32,000 bases of DNA from Alkalilimnicola ehrlichii MLHE-1. GTDB taxonomy: Bacteria; Pseudomonadota; Gammaproteobacteria; Nitrococcales; Halorhodospiraceae. The notes below the pieces were generated by a model. It was given only the letters and a program-made list of their open reading frames with translations. It searched no databases and was not told the origin of the DNA. The stretch is taken from assembly GCF_000014785.1 (NCBI RefSeq), contig NC_008340.1:300001-332000 (forward strand), written 5' to 3'. The stretch's first letter is position 1. Each line of letters opens with the position of its first letter. A program made the translations under genes and the position numbers. This document shows positions 27,417 to 32,000 of this stretch, in pieces.

Positions 27417-28508
27417 ATGGGTTTCAAATGCGGAATCGTGGGGCTGCCCAACGTGGGCAAGTCCACGCTGTTCAATGCCCTCACCCAGGCGGAGATCCCC
27501 GCCGAGAACTACCCCTTCTGCACCATCGACCCCAACGTGGGGGTGGTGCCGGTGCCCGATCCGCGGCTGGACCGGCTGGCGGAGATCGTCAAACCCGAGA
27601 AGGTCATCCCCACCACCATGGAGTTCGTGGACATCGCCGGCCTGGTGGCCGGGGCGAGCAAGGGCGAGGGCCTGGGCAACCAGTTCCTGGCCCATATCCG
27701 CGAGACCGATGCCGTAGCCCAGGTGCTGCGCTGTTTCGAGGACGACGACGTCCACCATGTGGACGGCCGGGTGGACCCGATCTCCGACGCCGAAACCATC
27801 AACACCGAGCTGGCCCTGGCGGACCTGGAGACGGTGGAGAAGGCCCTCAGCCGGGTGGAGCGCCAGACCAAGAGCGGTGACAAGGAGGCGGTGGCCAAAC
27901 GCGATGTGCTGCTGCGGGTGCGCGACGGGCTGGGCGAGGGCCACTCGGTGCGGAGCCTGGCGCTGGACGAGGCCGCACGGGCGCTGATCGCCGATCTGCA
28001 CCTCATCACCATCAAGCCGTTGATGTACATCGCCAACGTCGCCGAGGACGGTTTCGAGGACAACCCCCTCCTCGATCAGGTCCGCGAACTGGCCCGGGCC
28101 GAGGCCGCCGAGGTGGTGCCGGTGTGCGCCGCCATTGAGGCGGAACTGGCCGCGCTGGACGACGAGGACAAGGCGGAGTTTCTGGCCGAGTACGGGCTGG
28201 AGGAGCCGGGGCTGAACCGGGTGATCCGCTGCGGCTACCGCCTGCTTGGGCTGCAGACCTTCTTCACCGCCGGCAAGAAGGAGGTGCGGGCCTGGACCGT
28301 CCGCCGGGGTGCGACGGCGCCTGAGGGGGCCGGCCGCATCCATACCGACTTCCAGCGTGGTTTTATCCGCGCCGAGGTGGTCAGCTATGATGACTTCGTC
28401 GCCTGCAATGGCGAGCAGGGGGCCAAGGAGGCCGGCAAACTGCGCCTGGAGGGCAAGGACTACGTCCTGGCCGAGGGCGACGTGGTGCACTTCCGGTTCA
28501 ACGTCTAA
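27417..28508 (+). CDS. ychF: Redox-regulated ATPase YchF
   Basis: [48 protein letters not shown]; 363 aa. Confidence 0.97.
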   Translation: MGFKCGIVGLPNVGKSTLFNALTQAEIPAENYPFCTIDPNVGVVPVPDPRLDRLAEIVKPEKVIPTTMEFVDIAGLVAGASKGEGLGNQFLAHIRETDAVAQVLRCFEDDDVHHVDGRVDPISDAETINTELALADLETVEKALSRVERQTKSGDKEAVAKRDVLLRVRDGLGEGHSVRSLALDEAARALIADLHLITIKPLMYIANVAEDGFEDNPLLDQVRELARAEAAEVVPVCAAIEAELAALDDEDKAEFLAEYGLEEPGLNRVIRCGYRLLGLQTFFTAGKKEVRAWTVRRGATAPEGAGRIHTDFQRGFIRAEVVSYDDFVACNGEQGAKEAGKLRLEGKDYVLAEGDVVHFRFNV

Positions 28509-29368
28509 CCGCCCTTGCCCCGCTCCCCGTCGGCCCGTTCCGGCCGCGCGTTGATGGGATAGCTGTGGGTCGGGCCGCGGAAGGGCTGGATCAGCAGCTG
28601 GTCCAGGCGCAGGTCGCGGGCGTCGCGAAAGAGATTGATGCCGATGGTCATGCCCAGGTGCCCGTCCCGCGGCTGGGCCCGGTAGGTGCCCAGCAGCCGG
28701 TCCCACCAGGGCAGGTTGAAGCCGAAGTTGGAATTGGTCTCGTTGGGGTGCCAGGAGTGGTGGACGCGGTGCATCTCCGGGGTCACCACCAGCCAGCGCA
28801 GGACCCGGTCCACCCGCGCCGGCAGCCGGACGTTGCCGTGGTTGAACAGGGAGGTGGCGTTGAGCAGCACCTCGAACAACAGGACCGCCACCGCAGGCGC
28901 CCCCAGCATGACGATTACCCCGGCCTTGATCACCATGGAGAGCAGGATCTCCAGCGGGTGGAAGCGCAGGCCGGTGGTGACGTCGAACTCCAGGTCGGTG
29001 TGGTGCATCCGGTGCAGCCGCCAGAGTGCCGGCACCGCGTGAAACATGACATGCTGGGCCCAGATGGCGAAATCCAGCAGAATGACGCTGAGCAGCACCA
29101 CCAGCCAGAAGGGCCAGTCCAGCAGGTGGAACAGCCCCCAGCCATGGGCCTCGGCGAACAGGGCCACGCCCACCGCGGCGGCCGGAAAAACCAGACGCAC
29201 GGCCAGGCTGTCCACAATGACGATCGCCAGGTTGTGGGGCCAGCGCTGGCGGCGGCCGAACTGCTGCCGGCGGCGTGGGGCCAGCAACTCCCAGGCGGCC
29301 ATGGCCGCAAAGATGCCGGCGAAGGCCGCCAGGCGTACCAGCGGTTCCTGGGCTAGCAACCACTCCAT
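28505..29368 (-). CDS. Fatty acid hydroxylase / sterol desaturase superfamily membrane protein
   Basis: [20 protein letters not shown]... with histidine clusters HVMFH, HRMHH and HRVHH, and multiple hydrophobic segments. Confidence 0.87.
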   Translation of the reverse strand: MEWLLAQEPLVRLAAFAGIFAAMAAWELLAPRRRQQFGRRQRWPHNLAIVIVDSLAVRLVFPAAAVGVALFAEAHGWGLFHLLDWPFWLVVLLSVILLDFAIWAQHVMFHAVPALWRLHRMHHTDLEFDVTTGLRFHPLEILLSMVIKAGVIVMLGAPAVAVLLFEVLLNATSLFNHGNVRLPARVDRVLRWLVVTPEMHRVHHSWHPNETNSNFGFNLPWWDRLLGTYRAQPRDGHLGMTIGINLFRDARDLRLDQLLIQPFRGPTHSYPINARPERADGERGKGG

Positions 29369-29453
29369 GGGGACCTCCGGTACTGGTGGTCGGTGAGATT
29401 CAATGGTATGCGGGGGGCGGTGGCAAGACCAGCGCCCGGAGAGGGAGGGGCCA

Positions 29454-29687
29454 ATGAGTAACCGGGGCACTGTGAGCGCGGAGCACCTGTTCCGCCTGGA
29501 GGAGAAACTGGCCCACCAGGAGCACACTATCGGTGAGCTGGACGGTGTCATCTACCGTCAGCAACGCCAGCTCGATGAGCTGACGGCGCGCTACCGGCAG
29601 CTGGAGGCGCTGGTGGAACGGATGGTGCGCCGGAGCGAGGACGGTGGCGGGGGCGAGCCGCAGCAGGAGCGGCCCCCGCACTATTAA
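29454..29687 (+). CDS. slyX: SlyX family protein
   Basis: LFRLEEKLAHQEHTIGELDGVIYRQQRQLDELTARYRQL...PPHY C-terminus. Confidence 0.85.
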   Translation: MSNRGTVSAEHLFRLEEKLAHQEHTIGELDGVIYRQQRQLDELTARYRQLEALVERMVRRSEDGGGGEPQQERPPHY

Positions 29688-29891
29688 CCCGGCTGACACC
29701 CTGCCGGGTTACCCTGTCCGCGGGACGCGGTACGGGCGCGCTCCCGGTCAGGGCCGCGAAGCCTGGGGCTGCATGAGACCGGGTTCGCGCTAGAATGTAC
29801 CGCTAGTGACGGTCTATAACACTTGGAACTCAGTACGCGCTGAGGGAACAGCGGCCCGCCGCGCCGCGAACAGCAAGCAATTGGGGACGAC

Positions 29892-31235
29892 ATGAAGATC
29901 ACCATCTTTGGTACCGGCTACGTGGGTCTGGTTACCGGCACCTGCTTTGCCGAGGCCGGCAACGATGTGCTCTGTGTGGACATCGACGAGGAGCGTATCG
30001 AGCAGCTCAATGACGGCGAGGTGCCGATCTACGAGCCGGGCCTGGAGGACATGCTCGCCTGCAACATGGATGAGGGCCGGCTGCGCTTCACCACGGACGC
30101 CGCCGAGGGCGTGGCTCACGGTCAGTTCCAGTTCATCGCCGTGGGCACGCCCCCGGACGAGGACGGGTCGGCGGATCTCAGCCACGTACTGGCAGTGGCC
30201 CGCACCATCGGCGAGCACATCGACGACTACCGGGTGGTGGTGGACAAGTCCACGGTCCCGGTGGGCACGGCCGACCGGGTCCATGCCGCCATCCTCGAGG
30301 CAATGGAGGCGCGCGGCGTGGATGTGGCCTTCGATGTGGTTTCCAACCCGGAGTTCCTCAAGGAGGGGGCCGCCATTGAGGACTTCATGAAGCCGGATCG
30401 CATCATCGTCGGGGCCGAGAACCCGGCGGCGGTTGCCCTGATGCGGGACCTCTACGCCCCGTTCAACCGCAACCACGACCGGCTGATCTTCATGGACGTG
30501 CGCTCGGCGGAGCTGACCAAATATGCCTCCAACGCCATGCTGGCCACCAAGATCAGCTTCATGAACGAGCTGTCCAACCTGGCCGAGCGTCTGGGAGCGG
30601 ACATCGAGGAGGTGCGCCGGGGCATGGGCTCTGATCCGCGCATCGGTTACCACTTCATCTATCCCGGCTGTGGCTACGGCGGCTCCTGTTTCCCGAAGGA
30701 CGTGCAGGCGCTGGCCCGCACCGCGCGCCAGGCGCACTACGAGCCGGAGCTGCTGGATGCGGTGGAGGCGGTGAACCACCGCCAGAAGCGCCATTTGGTG
30801 CGCCGTATCCGCCACTATTTCGAGGACAACCTGGAGCGGCGCACCTTTGCCCTCTGGGGCCTGGCCTTCAAGCCCAACACCGACGATATGCGCGAGGCGC
30901 CCTCGCGGGTGATCATGGAGGCGCTCTGGGATGCCGGTGCCCGGGTCCGCGCCTACGACCCCGAGGCGCAGGACGAGGCCGCCAGACTCTACCCCGATGA
31001 GGCCGGGCTGGAGCTCTGCGGCAGCCCCTATGATGCCCTGGAGGGGGCGGATGCATTGATCATCTGCACCGAGTGGCAGGTTTTCCGCAGCCCCGATTTC
31101 GACCGTATGCGGCGGCTGCTAAGCGAGCCGGTGATCTTTGACGGCCGTAATCTCTACGACCCGGAGAAGATGCTGGCCGCAGGCTTCGTCTACTATGGTA
31201 TCGGCCGGGGCGAGAGCGTCGATACGCTCATCTGA
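29892..31235 (+). CDS. ugd: UDP-glucose 6-dehydrogenase
   Basis: [32 protein letters not shown]...[23 protein letters not shown]...[14 protein letters not shown]...[16 protein letters not shown]. Confidence 0.95.
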   Translation: MKITIFGTGYVGLVTGTCFAEAGNDVLCVDIDEERIEQLNDGEVPIYEPGLEDMLACNMDEGRLRFTTDAAEGVAHGQFQFIAVGTPPDEDGSADLSHVLAVARTIGEHIDDYRVVVDKSTVPVGTADRVHAAILEAMEARGVDVAFDVVSNPEFLKEGAAIEDFMKPDRIIVGAENPAAVALMRDLYAPFNRNHDRLIFMDVRSAELTKYASNAMLATKISFMNELSNLAERLGADIEEVRRGMGSDPRIGYHFIYPGCGYGGSCFPKDVQALARTARQAHYEPELLDAVEAVNHRQKRHLVRRIRHYFEDNLERRTFALWGLAFKPNTDDMREAPSRVIMEALWDAGARVRAYDPEAQDEAARLYPDEAGLELCGSPYDALEGADALIICTEWQVFRSPDFDRMRRLLSEPVIFDGRNLYDPEKMLAAGFVYYGIGRGESVDTLI

Positions 31236-31242
31236 GGCGGGT

Positions 31243-32000
31243 ATGAGCGACAGTGCGGTACCGCGACTGACCGAGTCCGCCGCCTGGCAGGCGCTCGGGG
31301 CACGGGCCGGTGATCTGCGTGGCTGGCGGCCGCCGCTGAAGGGCACGCAGGGCGAGCAGCGTTTCCGTCGTTTCAGCCTGCAGTTGGACGGGCTGTTTTT
31401 CGACTACGCCCGCCAGCCGGTGGATGAGACCACCCGCGATCTGCTGTTGGAGCTGGCCCGCGAGCGGCGGCTTCCGGAGCGGATCCGGGCCCTGTTCGCG
31501 GGGGAGCCGGTGAATGCCACCGAGGGCCGGCCGGCGCTGCACACCCTGCTGCGCGCGCCTGAGGGGTCGGCCTTCCCGGTACACGGGGCCGATGCCCGGG
31601 CGGCGGTGCGCACCGAGCTGGCGCGCATGACCCGTTTCGTCGACCGTGTGCACCGGGGTCTGGTCCACGGCTGGGACGACCGGCCCTTCACCGATGTGGT
31701 CAACCTGGGTATCGGCGGCTCGGAGCTTGGCGCGGCGATGGCGGTCCAGGCGCTGTCGCGGTTCCATCAGCGCGAGGCGCCGCGGATGCATTTCGCCTCC
31801 GGCTCCGACGGGGTGCAGCTGGAGGATCTGATCCGGCGGCTCGACCCGGCCACCACGCTTTTCATCGTGGCCTCCAAGTCCTTCACCACCAGCGAGACCC
31901 TGCTCAATGCCCGGGCGGCCCTGCACTGGCTGGAGGCCTGCGCACCGGAGGGGGCGCACCTGGCCCGCCACTGGGTGGGGGTGTCGGCCAATGAGGAGGG
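31243..32000 (+). CDS. pgi: Glucose-6-phosphate isomerase (5' part, truncated by window edge)
   Basis: Open frame from ATG 31243: LKGTQGEQRFRRFSLQLDGLFFDYARQPVD...VNLGIGGSELG...VASKSFTTSET. Confidence 0.93.
   Translation, partial: MSDSAVPRLTESAAWQALGARAGDLRGWRPPLKGTQGEQRFRRFSLQLDGLFFDYARQPVDETTRDLLLELARERRLPERIRALFAGEPVNATEGRPALHTLLRAPEGSAFPVHGADARAAVRTELARMTRFVDRVHRGLVHGWDDRPFTDVVNLGIGGSELGAAMAVQALSRFHQREAPRMHFASGSDGVQLEDLIRRLDPATTLFIVASKSFTTSETLLNARAALHWLEACAPEGAHLARHWVGVSANEE

Noticed and set aside
1-32000. CRISPR array, transposase, integrase, phage or retron genes
   Set aside because: No regularly spaced direct repeats and no transposase, integrase or reverse-transcriptase motifs found in the supplied translations.

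Overview
GC-rich gammaproteobacterial-type chromosome window, mostly conserved housekeeping genes: rsmA, a DUF502-like membrane protein, the pyruvate dehydrogenase cluster aceE-aceF-lpdA, prmC, a Trm112-like gene, a divergent ClpX paralog, aroG-type DAHP synthase, dksA, cpdA-like, prfA/hemA, a TPR lipoprotein, lolB, ispE, tRNA-Gln(TTG), prs, rplY/ctc, pth, ychF, a fatty acid hydroxylase-type gene, slyX, ugd and the 5' part of pgi. The main accessory region is the left ~5.3 kb on the minus strand. It holds a candidate promoter, a 51-aa small ORF missing from the supplied track, a 1100-aa protein I cannot assign to a family, a secreted Sel1-repeat-like protein, and a second truncated near-identical copy of the middle of the 1100-aa protein that runs off the window edge. 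The layout resembles effector/immunity loci with orphan cassettes, but that function is inference. Other points of interest are a 108-bp nested perfect inverted repeat between lpdA and prmC, a ClpX paralog with altered pore-1 and RKH loops, and a 111-bp identical lipoyl-domain segment shared by aceF and lpdA. All calls come from reading the sequence and ORF translations; no database search was run.
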